The notes beneath the pieces are model-generated. The model saw only the letters and a program-made list of their open reading frames with translations. It was not told the DNA's origin and did not search any database. 64,000 nucleotides of DNA. Origin: Clostridiales bacterium. Its GTDB lineage: Bacteria; Bacillota; Clostridia; Oscillospirales; Oscillospiraceae. The stretch is taken from NCBI GenBank assembly GCA_004557655.1, contig SFGJ01000003.1:18421-82420 (forward strand), written 5' to 3'. The position numbers and the translations under genes are program-made. Numbering within the stretch: the stretch's first letter is position 1; the number at the start of each line of letters is the position of its first letter. Below, piece after piece: positions 54,915 to 64,000 of this stretch.

Positions 54915-56006
54915 ATGTTCGCACAACTCGGATATTACATCTGTGTGCCCTTCGCCTGGCTGACCCGTGTGTTTTATTCGCTGACCGGGTCTTACGGCTT
55001 GGCGCTGATCCTCTTCACCCTGGTGGTGAAGCTGGTGATCCTGCCCTTCCAGCTCAAGGGCAAAAAGAGTATGCTGCGCATGAGCCGTATGCAGGGCAAG
55101 ATCAAGGAGATCCAGACCCGCTACGCCAACAACAAGCAGCGTCAGCAGGCGGAGATGGCGGACCTGTATGCCCGGGAGGGCGTGAATCCCATGTCCGGCT
55201 GTCTGTGGTCCTTCCTGCCCTTCCCCATCCTTATCGCCCTGTACGCCATCATCCGTCAGCCCCTGAGCCACCTGATGGGATTGGGGGCGGATACCATCAC
55301 GGCCATTTCCAATGCCGCCACCAAGATCGGCTACACCGTGGCAGAGGGCAGCTCCTCGGCCTATGAGCAGATCTATCTGGCCAAGTTCGTTCATCAGAAT
55401 TGGGACAGCTTCCAGGGCCAGTTTGACGGGCTCATCAACCTGGACTACAGCTTCCTGGGTATGGATCTGGCCTCTCAGGGTTCCCAGCTCTTTGGTCAGA
55501 TCACTACCGGCGGCTGGGCCGTCATCGGCGTGCTGCTGCTGCCCGTCATCGCCACGGCACTGCAGTTCCTCATGACCATTGTGAGCATGAAGAGCAATGG
55601 CAATACGGCCGGCCAGGGCAAGCTGATGATGTATCTTTTGCCCCTGATGACCCTGTGGATGGGCTACATTCTGCCCGCCGCTCTGTGCATCTACTGGATC
55701 GCCAACACCGCCTTTGCCATCGTGCAGGAGCAGGTGCTTAACAAGTATTTCAACAAGATCCTTGACCGGGAGGAGACCGACAAGGAGAGGGCCAAGCGGG
55801 AGGCCCGTGCCGCCAAGATGATGGCCGGCCGGGAGCGTGCCCGTCAGCAGCAGGAGCTGGCCGCCGGGAAGCAGAACGCCGCGAAGAAGGGACAGTCCGC
55901 CGCCAAGAAACCGGAGAAGAAGGCTGCTACCAATGAAAACGGCCGTGTGGGACAGCGACCCTATGCCCGTGGCCGTGCGTACAGCGAAAACCACTATGAC
56001 GAGTAA
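54915..56006 (+). CDS. yidC: Membrane protein insertase YidC/SpoIIIJ family
   Basis: Multi-TM protein with LALILFTLVVKLVILP and a basic C-terminal tail, at the conserved position after rnpA/yidD. Confidence 0.9.
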   Translation: MFAQLGYYICVPFAWLTRVFYSLTGSYGLALILFTLVVKLVILPFQLKGKKSMLRMSRMQGKIKEIQTRYANNKQRQQAEMADLYAREGVNPMSGCLWSFLPFPILIALYAIIRQPLSHLMGLGADTITAISNAATKIGYTVAEGSSSAYEQIYLAKFVHQNWDSFQGQFDGLINLDYSFLGMDLASQGSQLFGQITTGGWAVIGVLLLPVIATALQFLMTIVSMKSNGNTAGQGKLMMYLLPLMTLWMGYILPAALCIYWIANTAFAIVQEQVLNKYFNKILDREETDKERAKREARAAKMMAGRERARQQQELAAGKQNAAKKGQSAAKKPEKKAATNENGRVGQRPYARGRAYSENHYDE

Positions 56007-56017
56007 GGAGTTTTGTC

Positions 56018-56797
56018 ATGCGTTATATTGATGTAACAGGCAAGACCGAGGAAGAAGCCGTCCGCAAGGCGCTGGAGCAGCTCCATCTGGACCGGGACGA
56101 TGTTTCCGTGGAGATCCTGGAGCGGGCCAAGAGCGGATTTTTAGGCATCGGCAGCACCCCCGCCAGGGTGCGGGTGAGTTACGAGCTGGATGTTGCCGAT
56201 GAGGCGGAGGTCAAGGCCGAGCCGCCCAGGGCTGAGGAAAAGAAGCTGCCAGCCAAGCCTGTGGAAAAAAAGCCCGAGCCCAAGGCGGATATGCCCCAAG
56301 AGGAAAAGCCCGCCGCCGGGGCGGACATCTGCGTCAATGACGATGTCCGCCGCATCACGGAGTTCCTCTCGGGCCTTTTAGAGCATATGGAATGCACCGC
56401 TGAGGTGCAGGTGTACGAGGAGGAGAAGAACCGCTACAAGGTGATCCTGGTGGGTCAGAAGCTGGGCGCTCTCATCGGCCGCCGGGGAGAGACGCTGGAC
56501 GCCATCCAGCAGCTCACCAACTATGCCGTTAACAGCGGCCGGGATAAGCGTCTGCGGATCCATGTGGATGCCGAGAACTACCGGGCCAAGCGTGAACAGA
56601 GTCTGGAGAGTCTGGCGAATAAGGTGGCCGGCAAGGTCCTCAAGTACCGCCGCAGCGTGACGCTGGAGCCTATGAACGCCTATGAGCGCCATGTGATCCA
56701 CGCCGCCCTGCAGGACAAACAGGGAGTCACCACCTACTCCATAGGCACGGAGCCCAACCGCCGTGTGGTGGTTGCCTACGAGCGGGGAAACCGCTAA
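56018..56797 (+). CDS. jag: Jag/KhpB RNA-binding protein (KH plus R3H domains)
   Basis: N-terminal Jag domain, KH (GALIGRRGETLDAIQ), R3H (LEPMNAYERHVIH); follows yidC. Confidence 0.9.
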   Translation: MRYIDVTGKTEEEAVRKALEQLHLDRDDVSVEILERAKSGFLGIGSTPARVRVSYELDVADEAEVKAEPPRAEEKKLPAKPVEKKPEPKADMPQEEKPAAGADICVNDDVRRITEFLSGLLEHMECTAEVQVYEEEKNRYKVILVGQKLGALIGRRGETLDAIQQLTNYAVNSGRDKRLRIHVDAENYRAKREQSLESLANKVAGKVLKYRRSVTLEPMNAYERHVIHAALQDKQGVTTYSIGTEPNRRVVVAYERGNR

Positions 56798-56805
56798 TTA
56801 AAGAG

Positions 56806-56837
56806 AAACAGACCGGATCGCTCCGGTCTGTTTTTTT
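56806..56837 (+). terminator. jag operon Rho-independent terminator
   Basis: AAACAGACCGGA-TCGC-TCCGGTCTGTTT followed by TTTT. Confidence 0.85.
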
Positions 56838-56961
56838 CGGTCATAATTCATTTTGGCGGTTGCGGGCCGTTTTCCGGCAGAGCATCGCAGATGCCGTCGT
56901 TCCGGGCGGTTCCTGCCGTGCTCCGGATGCCGGCGGCGGCATATAAGGCCTGTCATTTTGC

Positions 56962-57723
56962 TTATATCCCGAAAAAGGCCCTTCCGTTTTCCCAGGTGGC
57001 CTCCTCCACCTCCCGGGGGGAAATGCCCTTGATCCGGGCAATCTGCTCCGCCACGAAACACACATAGGACGAGTCGTTCCGCTCCCCCCGATGGGGAACC
57101 GGGGTCAGGTACGGCGCGTCGGTCTCGATCATCAATTTATCCAGCGGCACGGCGGCGATGACCTCCGGGGCTTTCCTGGCGTTTTTAAAGGTGGCAGCCC
57201 CATTGAAGGACAGCATCCACCCTGCTCTCACCAGCTCCCGGGCCATCTCCACCGACCCGGCAAAGCAGTGGAAAACCCCTTTTACATGAGGAAACTCCCG
57301 CACAATAGCCAATGTGTCGGCGTGGGCGTCCCGGTCGTGGATGATGACCGGCAAGGACAGCTCCTCCGCCAGCGCAAGCTGCCGCCGCAGCACCTCCTGC
57401 TGCAATTCCTTCGGGGGATTCTCCGCCCAGTAGTAGTCCAGACCGATCTCCCCTATGGCCACCACCTTCTTTTCCCCCGCCAGCGTCCGCAGGGTGTCTA
57501 TCATGGCGGGGTCAAAGTCCCCGCAGTTCTCCGGGTGGATGCCCACGGCGGCGTAAAGAAACTGGTACTTCCGCGCCATTTCCACTGCCATGCGGGAGGT
57601 GGCCAAATCGCAGCCGGGATTCACAATAAGCCCCACATTCTTCCCCGGCATGGAGGTGAGCAGCTCATCCCGGTCCCGGTCAAACCGCGCGTCGTCATAG
57701 TGGGCGTGGGTGTCAAACAGCAT
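56962..57723 (-). CDS. tatD: TatD-family metal-dependent hydrolase/DNase
   Basis: MLFDTHAH, GEIGLDY, PVIIH.RDA, ETDAPYL. Confidence 0.92.
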   Translation of the reverse strand: MLFDTHAHYDDARFDRDRDELLTSMPGKNVGLIVNPGCDLATSRMAVEMARKYQFLYAAVGIHPENCGDFDPAMIDTLRTLAGEKKVVAIGEIGLDYYWAENPPKELQQEVLRRQLALAEELSLPVIIHDRDAHADTLAIVREFPHVKGVFHCFAGSVEMARELVRAGWMLSFNGAATFKNARKAPEVIAAVPLDKLMIETDAPYLTPVPHRGERNDSSYVCFVAEQIARIKGISPREVEEATWENGRAFFGI

Positions 57724-57738
57724 GGATCTTGCTCCCTT

Positions 57739-58014
57739 TCAGTCCTTCTGCACCCGTGTTTCGGCGATGCAGTCGTTTTTAATGTCCATGAGCCGCTTCA
57801 TGTGCTCCTGCTCCATGTGGAGGCGCTGGTGCGCTTCACTTTCCCACTCCTCCAGCAGCAGGATCTCCTCCTCGTTCTGGCAGGAGAGGTAGTAGTCATA
57901 CCGCAGGCAGCCGTCCTCCTCCCGAATGGCGGAGAGGATACCCGCCGTCACCACCCGGTGCAGAAATTCCTCCCGCCGCCCGGGCCTTGCGAAGTATGTA
58001 ACGGTGATCTTCAT
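57739..58014 (-). CDS. Antibiotic biosynthesis monooxygenase (ABM/Dabb) family small protein
   Basis: About 91 aa; ..E.GCL.Y......E.....L.E.W.S..A...H pattern. ATG 58014 is 1 nt after the xth stop. Confidence 0.6.
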   Translation of the reverse strand: MKITVTYFARPGRREEFLHRVVTAGILSAIREEDGCLRYDYYLSCQNEEEILLLEEWESEAHQRLHMEQEHMKRLMDIKNDCIAETRVQKD

Positions 58015-58015
58015 G

Positions 58016-58771
58016 TCAAACCTCCAGCTCCAGCAGCACCGGGCAGTGGTCGCTGCCATAGATTTCACTGCGGATGTCCGCCGCCTTCACCTTGTCCGCC
58101 AGCCGCTGCGACACGATGAAGTAGTCAATGCGCCACCCCACATTCTTTTCCCTTGCGTGGAACCGGTAGCTCCACCAGGAGTACCGGTCCGTCACGTCGC
58201 CATTTATGTACCGGAAAGTGTCCACGAAGCCCGCCTCCAGCAGCCGGGTCATCTTCTCCCGCTCCTCGTCGGAGAAGCCGGGATTCTGGCGGTTGGTCTT
58301 GGGGTTTTTCAGGTCGATCTCACGGTGCGCCACATTCAGGTCCCCGCAATATACAACGGGCTTGGCTTGATCCAACTCCCGCAGATAGTCCCGCAGGTCG
58401 TCCTCCCACCGCATCCGGTAGTCAAGCCTTTTCAGCCCATCCTGGCTGTTGGGGGTATAGCAGCACACCAGGTAGAATTGAGGAAACTCCGCCGTAATGA
58501 TCCGCCCCTCGTGGCGGTGCTCATCGCCGCCGAAGTCATAGGTCACGGAAAGGGGCTCCGTCCGAGTGAGAATGGCCGTGCCGGAATAGCCCTTCTTGTC
58601 GGCGGAGTTGAAAAACCGATGGTATCCCGGCAGGTCAAACACCGCCTGCTCCGGCTGCAGCTTGGTCTCCTGCAGGCAGAGAATGTCCGGGCTCTCCTGC
58701 GCCACATAGTCCAAAAAGCCCTTTCCCAGCACGGCCCGCAGGCCGTTCACATTCCAGCTTATCAGCTTCAT
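58016..58771 (-). CDS. xth: Exodeoxyribonuclease III
   Basis: MKLISWNVNGLRA, CLQETK, GDLNVAH, SDHCPV motifs; ATG 58771 behind GGGAGGA. Confidence 0.93.
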   Translation of the reverse strand: MKLISWNVNGLRAVLGKGFLDYVAQESPDILCLQETKLQPEQAVFDLPGYHRFFNSADKKGYSGTAILTRTEPLSVTYDFGGDEHRHEGRIITAEFPQFYLVCCYTPNSQDGLKRLDYRMRWEDDLRDYLRELDQAKPVVYCGDLNVAHREIDLKNPKTNRQNPGFSDEEREKMTRLLEAGFVDTFRYINGDVTDRYSWWSYRFHAREKNVGWRIDYFIVSQRLADKVKAADIRSEIYGSDHCPVLLELEV

Positions 58772-58841
58772 TCCGGGTATCCTCCCTGATCGTTTGTTTC
58801 CAATACTATACCACAATCGGGGACAAAACCCAACAAAAACA

Positions 58842-58870
58842 TTGACAAACATAGCACGGCAGGATAAAAT
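58842..58870 (+). promoter_or_regulatory. Sigma-A promoter of the metG leader
   Basis: TTGACA-17 nt-TAAAAT. Confidence 0.65.
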
Positions 58871-58879
58871 AGCCCAAGA

Positions 58880-59157
58880 AAGAGAAAACTAAAGGCAGTG
58901 AAGGAAAGAGTACCCCGTTTTAGGCCACCGCAAGAGAGCCCGGTCAGGTGAAAGCGGGCGTGGCACGGATGGGGGAACATGGCTCCGGAGCCGCCGGGTC
59001 GAGGGCCGAAGGGCATTAGATCCGGACGGGGGCGCCCGTGACAGCGCGGGAGTGTAGCGGCACTCCATGAGGCCGTCTTTGCGTGAGCGGGCGGCGAAGC
59101 AAGGTGGTATCACGGTGTTTTGGCATCGTCCTTGGCGGATTGCCGGGGACGTTTTTT
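58880..59157 (+). promoter_or_regulatory. T-box leader of metG (ATG specifier)
   Basis: GGCAGTGAAGGAAAGAGTA stem I start, CAAGAGAG plus GGTGAAAG, ATG followed by G at 58979-58982. T-box GAAGCAAGGTGGTATCACGG at 59096-59115; terminator CGTCCTTGGC-GGAT-TGCCGGGGACG plus TTTTTT at 59127-59157. Confidence 0.8.
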
Positions 59158-59226
59158 GTTTACCCGACGCATGGAAAAAATTAAAGTCACTCTTCCATTC
59201 GGAGTGACGGAAAAGGAGATAAACCC

Positions 59227-61191
59227 ATGGAAAACAAAAAGTTCTATATCACGACCCCCATTTACTATCCCTCGGACAAGCTGCACATCGGCCACAGCTA
59301 CTGCACCGTGGCCACGGACGCCATCGCCCGCTATAAGCGGCTGCAGGGCTACGATGTCATGTTCCTCACCGGCACCGACGAGCACGGCCAGAAGATCGAG
59401 TCCAAGGCCAGGGAGGCGGGCCTGGAGCCTCAGGCGTTCGTGGACCGCATTGTCAACGGCGAGCGGGGTGTCCGGGATCTGTGGAAGCTGATGAACATCT
59501 CCAACGACCGCTTCATCCGCACCACGGACGACTACCACTGCGTGGCCGTGCAGAGGATCTTTAAGAAGATGTACGACAAGGGCGACATCTACAAGGGCGC
59601 CTACAAGGGCAAATACTGCACCCCCTGCGAAAGCTTCTGGACCGAGAGCCAGTTGGTGGACGGCAAATGTCCCGACTGCGGCCGTGAGGTTCATGACGCC
59701 GAGGAGGAGGCCTATTTCTTCCGTCTGAGCAAGTACGCCGACCGTGTCCGGCACCTGCTGGAGGACACGGATTTCCTGCAGCCCCGGAGCCGTGTCAACG
59801 AGATGGTGAACAACTTCATCAAGCCCGGTCTGGAGGACCTGTGCGTCAGCCGCACCAGCTTTACGTGGGGCATTCCCGTGGACTTTGACCCGGGCCATGT
59901 AGTGTATGTGTGGGTGGACGCCCTGTTCAACTACTGCACCGCCTTGGGCTTCTGCAACGAGAAATATCATGATTACGACAAATACTGGCCTGCCGACTAC
60001 CACATCGTGGGCAAGGAGATCGTCCGCTTCCACTCCATCATCTGGCCCGCCATGCTCATGAGCATGGAGATGCCCCTGCCCAAGCACGTCTACGGCCACG
60101 GCTGGCTGGTCATCGACGGCGGCAAGATGTCCAAGTCCAAGGGCAACGTGGTGGATCCCTATGTTTTGGCGGAGAAGTTCGGCGTGGACGCTCTGCGCTT
60201 CTTCCTGCTGCGCACCTTCCCCTTCGGCACCGACGGCAACTTCTCCAATGAGCTGCTCATCAACACCATCAACGTGGATCTGGCCAACGATCTCGGCAAC
60301 CTCGTCAGCCGCACCTGCGCCATGGTGGAGAAGTATTTCGGCGGCACCCTGCCCGAGGCGCGGGAGGACAGCCCCACTGACTGCGACCTGAAAAAGCTGG
60401 CCTGCGCCCTCCGCGAGCGCTATCAGGCCGAGATGGACAAGCTCCAGCTGCAAAACGGTCTGGAGGAGATCTTCAAGGTCATCGACCGCGCCAATAAGTA
60501 TATCGACGAAAACGCCCCCTGGAAGCTGGCCAAGGAGGAGGGCAAGGAGGCTCGTCTGGCCACGGTGCTCTATAACCTGCTGGAGACCGTGCGCATCTGC
60601 ACCGTCCTGCTCACGCCCTTCATGCCTGCCAGCTGCGACAAGATTTTCGCCCAGATCGGCGCCTGCGAGGGCTGCCGCACCTGGGACAGCGCCGCCCGGT
60701 GGGGCAAGCTGAAAGCCGCTGTCACCGTCACCAAGGGCGAAGCCCTCTTCCCCCGCATCGACGCCGAAAAGGCGCTGGCGGAGCTGGACGCTTTGCAGGA
60801 GGCGCAGAAGAAGGCCGCCCTTCCCGCGCTGGAGATCGAGCCATTCACCGAGTCCGAGGTGGACTTCGACACCTTCTGCAAGTCCGATTTCCGCGCCGTG
60901 AAGATCAAGGCCTGCGAGGCAGTGAAAAAGAGCGACAAGCTCCTGAAGTTCACTCTGGACGACGGCTCCGGCACCGACCGCACCATCGTCTCCGGCATCC
61001 ACCATTACTATGAGCCGGAGGACCTGGTGGGCAAGACCGCCGTGGCGATTCTGAACCTGCCCCCCCGCAAGATGATGGGCATTCCCTCCTGCGGTATGCT
61101 CATTTCCGCCGTCCACAAGGAAAAAGGCGAGGAAAAGCTGCACCTGCTGCTGCTGGATGACTCCATTCCCGCCGGCGCCAAGCTGTGCTGA
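59227..61191 (+). CDS. metG: Methionine--tRNA ligase (with C-terminal tRNA-binding domain)
   Basis: HIGH-type motif (LHIGHSY), Zn knuckles (CTPCE / CPDCG), KMSKS, C-terminal EMAP/Trbp111-like domain. Confidence 0.95.
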   Translation: MENKKFYITTPIYYPSDKLHIGHSYCTVATDAIARYKRLQGYDVMFLTGTDEHGQKIESKAREAGLEPQAFVDRIVNGERGVRDLWKLMNISNDRFIRTTDDYHCVAVQRIFKKMYDKGDIYKGAYKGKYCTPCESFWTESQLVDGKCPDCGREVHDAEEEAYFFRLSKYADRVRHLLEDTDFLQPRSRVNEMVNNFIKPGLEDLCVSRTSFTWGIPVDFDPGHVVYVWVDALFNYCTALGFCNEKYHDYDKYWPADYHIVGKEIVRFHSIIWPAMLMSMEMPLPKHVYGHGWLVIDGGKMSKSKGNVVDPYVLAEKFGVDALRFFLLRTFPFGTDGNFSNELLINTINVDLANDLGNLVSRTCAMVEKYFGGTLPEAREDSPTDCDLKKLACALRERYQAEMDKLQLQNGLEEIFKVIDRANKYIDENAPWKLAKEEGKEARLATVLYNLLETVRICTVLLTPFMPASCDKIFAQIGACEGCRTWDSAARWGKLKAAVTVTKGEALFPRIDAEKALAELDALQEAQKKAALPALEIEPFTESEVDFDTFCKSDFRAVKIKACEAVKKSDKLLKFTLDDGSGTDRTIVSGIHHYYEPEDLVGKTAVAILNLPPRKMMGIPSCGMLISAVHKEKGEEKLHLLLLDDSIPAGAKLC

Positions 61192-61314
61192 GGGCATTAT
61201 TAAAAGGAAAAAGGACGCTCCGCGGTTGCCGGCAAACTACGGTGACAGCGGAAAATAACCGGGTGCATGGGAAATATCAAAAAAACCGCACCAGCTTCGG
61301 CGTCCTGGACAGCC

Positions 61315-61348
61315 GGACAAAAGAAGAGCAGGGGTGACCCTGCTCTTC
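61315..61348 (-). terminator. Terminator of lipoprotein paralog 2
   Basis: GAAGAGCAGGG-GTGA-CCCTGCTCTTC; minus strand followed by TTTTGT. Confidence 0.65.
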
Positions 61349-61365
61349 CATTATTTAAGATGATT

Positions 61366-62010
61366 TTACAGTGCCTTGAAGCAGGCCATAGTGTCGGCGG
61401 CATCTTCACCGAAGGTGGCGAATGTGACGACCGCCATATAGTTGCCCTCCTTGATGCACACCAGGGTCTCATACAGGGTGGACCCGTTCACCTTGCCGGA
61501 AAGGGAGATCCCGTAATGCTGCGCCCCGGCGAAGGTCACCGTGACCTTTTCTGCGGACACATCGGAGTAGCCGGCGGTGGTCATCTGGTCAGGCAGAGAT
61601 TTCAGGGACACATCCACATACCCGCTCTCGTCATACACAGCACCGTTGACATCGCCCAGATTCTCCACGGTGACATTCACGGTGCTGCCCTCCGTATTCC
61701 CGGCGTACATTTCAATAACGACCTTGCCGGAGGCATAAACATCAGACAGACTGTCACTGTCCAGAATGTCCGACACCTGACCGGTGACTTGGCTGATCTG
61801 ATCCCTGTCCAGGAAAACCCAGCTCTTATCCAGGGTGCAGGTGAAGCCGAAATACTCGTTGGTGTAGGTGTTGCCCGTGGTCGTGCCGGCGGAAAACTGC
61901 TTCTGGGGCGTAGGGCCATTGGTATCCTCCGCGCCTCCGCCGCAGGCGGCAAGGCTCATGGTCAGCAGCAGCGCCAGCAGCAGCGCGCAGAATTTCTTGG
62001 CTTTTATCAT
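61366..62010 (-). CDS. Lipoprotein of unknown function (paralog of 36633-37271)
   Basis: Signal peptide with lipobox MSLAAC; shared conserved blocks with the first copy. ATG 62010, 6 nt after AGGAGGAG. Confidence 0.75.
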   Translation of the reverse strand: MIKAKKFCALLLALLLTMSLAACGGGAEDTNGPTPQKQFSAGTTTGNTYTNEYFGFTCTLDKSWVFLDRDQISQVTGQVSDILDSDSLSDVYASGKVVIEMYAGNTEGSTVNVTVENLGDVNGAVYDESGYVDVSLKSLPDQMTTAGYSDVSAEKVTVTFAGAQHYGISLSGKVNGSTLYETLVCIKEGNYMAVVTFATFGEDAADTMACFKAL

Positions 62011-62090
62011 CTCTTTCTCCTCCTGTAATTCTCTTTTTTCAGGTGAAATAGAGTATACCACAGACGGGTGTAATACGCAACCGCTGTTTC

Positions 62091-62903
62091 TCACTTTCTC
62101 CGCAGCCGTCCTGCGGCTGCCGCCAGCAAAAAGGCAATGAGCGAAGCCGCCACCACCGATGCGCCCACCGGCAGGCTCAGCAGGTATGATGCTGTCAGTC
62201 CTGCGCAGAAGCATACTACGCTGACGATGGCTGCCAGTACCACCACACCGAAGAAGCTCTTCCTCAGGCGCATGGCCGTCAGCGCCGGGAAGATCACCAG
62301 ACTGGAGATGAGCATGGCGCCCATGAGCCGCATACCCAGCACGATGGTGAGCGCCGTCAGCACCGCCAGCAGGGTGTTGTATACCCCGACCTTTACCCCG
62401 GTGGCCCGGGAGAAACTTTCGTCAAAAGTGATGGCGAAAAGCTGGTGGTAAAACAGGCCGAAGAGCACCAGCACAGCCACACTCAGCCCCACGCTCAACG
62501 CCACATCCGCCCGACTCAGGGCCAGAATGGAGCCGAACATATAGCTGTCCACATCGGTGGTCATGCCTGTTGTGAGGCTGGTGACGATGATGCCTATTGC
62601 CAGGGCCGAGGCGGATACCACGGCAATGGCGGCGTCGGCGCCTAATTTGCTCCGCTCCGTCATCCGCAGCAGGCAGAGTGCTGCGATGACCACCACCGGG
62701 ATGGAAACCGGCAGCGGCGCCCACCCGCAGGCCACCGCCACGGAGAGCGCCCCGAAGGACACATGGCTCAGCCCATCGCCGATCATGGAGTAGCGCTTTA
62801 ATACCAGCGGCACGCCCAAAAGGGCGGCGCACACGGACACCAGGATCCCCACCACGAAGGCCCGGACGATGAAGGGATAGGCAAACATTTCCCACAAGAT
62901 CAT
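62091..62903 (-). CDS. Metal (Zn/Mn/Fe) ABC transporter permease, ZnuB/TroC family
   Basis: 270-aa polytopic protein with family-typical MIGDGLSHVSFGA; overlaps the ATPase stop. Confidence 0.85.
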   Translation of the reverse strand: MILWEMFAYPFIVRAFVVGILVSVCAALLGVPLVLKRYSMIGDGLSHVSFGALSVAVACGWAPLPVSIPVVVIAALCLLRMTERSKLGADAAIAVVSASALAIGIIVTSLTTGMTTDVDSYMFGSILALSRADVALSVGLSVAVLVLFGLFYHQLFAITFDESFSRATGVKVGVYNTLLAVLTALTIVLGMRLMGAMLISSLVIFPALTAMRLRKSFFGVVVLAAIVSVVCFCAGLTASYLLSLPVGASVVAASLIAFLLAAAAGRLRRK

Positions 62904-63613
62904 GCGCCCTCACCTCCAAACCGCCGCCCCATGGGGGAGTTCAGATACTCCTGCGTCGTGCCGAAGAAATGCTCCTTCTGCCCGGCGTGGAGAATGCGCC
63001 CGGCGCAGCGCAGGGCGTTTTCCATGTCGTGGGTCACCATGACGATGGCAATGCTCTCGGTTTTGTTGAGATAGGCCAGAGTGCGGTAGAGATCCTGTGC
63101 GGCGGCAGGGTCAAGGCCTGTCACCGGCTCGTCCAGGATCAGCAGCTCCCCGGCGGCGCACAGGGCCCGCGCCAGCAGCACCCGCTGCTGCTGCCCGCCG
63201 GACAGCTCCCTGTAGCACTTGTCCTTTAATTCCAGAATGCCCAGCTTGCCCATGTTTAACAGGGCTGTGGCCTTTTGTGCCGGGGTGTAGAGCAGCCGGT
63301 GGCCGCCGGCGCTCAAAAAGCCGGAGCGCACCACCTCCGTCACCGTGGCGGGAAAATCCTTCTGCGCCCTGGTCTGCTGAGGCAGGTAGCCGATGGCGCC
63401 GGCTTTAAGGCTTTCCGCCCGGTCAATGTGGCCCGACAGGGGGCGGATCAGTCCCAGCAGGCTTTTCAGCAGGGTGGATTTGCCGGAGCCGTTCTCGCCC
63501 ACGATGCAGATGTAATCCCCCCGCCGCACCTGAAAGTCCAGATGCTCCCACACGGCCTTGCCCTCATAGCCCAGACTGGCGTCCCGGCAGGCAAGCAGAA
63601 TATTCTCGTTCAC
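62900..63613 (-). CDS. Metal ABC transporter ATP-binding protein, ZnuC family
   Basis: Walker A GENGSGKSTLLK, signature LSGGQQQR, Walker B LILDEP. GTG 63613 chosen because the upstream SBP gene stops at 63616. Confidence 0.85.
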   Translation of the reverse strand: MNENILLACRDASLGYEGKAVWEHLDFQVRRGDYICIVGENGSGKSTLLKSLLGLIRPLSGHIDRAESLKAGAIGYLPQQTRAQKDFPATVTEVVRSGFLSAGGHRLLYTPAQKATALLNMGKLGILELKDKCYRELSGGQQQRVLLARALCAAGELLILDEPVTGLDPAAAQDLYRTLAYLNKTESIAIVMVTHDMENALRCAGRILHAGQKEHFFGTTQEYLNSPMGRRFGGEGA

Positions 63614-63615
63614 TG

Positions 63616-64000
63616 TCAGCAGATCCCCTCTCTCAGTGCGTCCACGTTTCGGCGCATCAGACTCACATATCCCGCCCCGGCGGCAAAGTCCCCGGCGGAC
63701 ACCGTCTGGCAGGAGCAAAATGTCATCACCCTTGCGCCTGTTGTCTCGGCGATGGCCTGCGCCACCTTTTGGCTGCTCAATTCCAGTGCGTATACCACCG
63801 GGATCTTGTCCTGTGCCACCTTGTCGATGAGGAATTTCAGGGTGTAGAGGGACGGCTCCGTGTCCGAGGAGCAGCCGTGGAACGCCGCCCGGTAGTCAAG
63901 GCCGTATTCCCGGCAGAAATACAGCAGCGGAAACCGGTCCCCGAACACCAGCAGGCTGCGCTTTTTCTCACTGCACACCTGCCTGAAATCGGCATCCAGA
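63616..64000 (-). CDS. Metal ABC transporter substrate-binding protein (ZnuA/TroA family), C-terminal part; 5' end beyond the window
   Basis: Frame stays open to the window edge; sequence FGDRFPLLYFCREYGLDY...EPSLYTLKFLIDKVAQDKIPVVYALE is typical of cluster A-I SBPs. Confidence 0.75.
   Translation of the reverse strand, partial: LDADFRQVCSEKKRSLLVFGDRFPLLYFCREYGLDYRAAFHGCSSDTEPSLYTLKFLIDKVAQDKIPVVYALELSSQKVAQAIAETTGARVMTFCSCQTVSAGDFAAGAGYVSLMRRNVDALREGIC

Noticed and set aside
57739-58852. Tight xth-ABM-tatD packing (1-nt and 15-nt gaps) as a novel DNA-repair module.
   Set aside because: All three are common housekeeping families, and nothing beyond adjacency is unusual. The ABM call itself is only moderate confidence.

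Overview
GC-rich Firmicute (Clostridia-like, spore-former: gpr present) chromosomal origin region. All gene calls come from reading the translated ORFs, RBS spacing and known motifs; no database search was run. About 60 genes are nearly all housekeeping. On the minus strand: dnaA-dnaN-yaaA-recF-remB-gyrB-gyrA. Divergent from it: rpmH-rnpA-yidD-yidC-jag. Also soj-spo0J with three parS sites, a separate noc-like gene, mnmE, rsmG, and a dnaD/dnaC-like loader pair. Further genes: zapA, dut-maf-mreC-mreD-PBP2, rpsO-pnp, rpsT, and five aminoacyl-tRNA synthetases (glyQS, hisS and metG behind T-box leaders; serS, aspS). The rest are transporters and small enzymes. The many long ORFs antisense to these genes look like high-GC artefacts. 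I found no integrase, transposase, rRNA/tRNA gene, CRISPR array or recognisable multi-gene defence or toxin system, so I cannot point to a clear novel system. The most unusual loci are: (1) a 51-bp duplication of the aspS 3' end, differing only at synonymous sites, that brackets a 154-bp hairpin-rich insert containing a solitary CRISPR type I-C-like repeat; (2) a 0.7-kb AT-rich non-coding island where a LysR regulator is divergent from a well-signalled 26-aa hydrophobic micropeptide gene, next to an orphan terminator; (3) a MinD-like ATPase without MinC/MinE, paired with a methylglyoxal-synthase-like protein lacking the catalytic residues; (4) an oriC between dnaA and dnaN with TTTTCCACA-type DnaA boxes and a DnaA-trio array; (5) two paralogous lipoproteins, one flanked by 23-nt direct repeats inside a cluster of GC-rich intergenic repeats; (6) a small membrane protein translationally coupled to gyrA.
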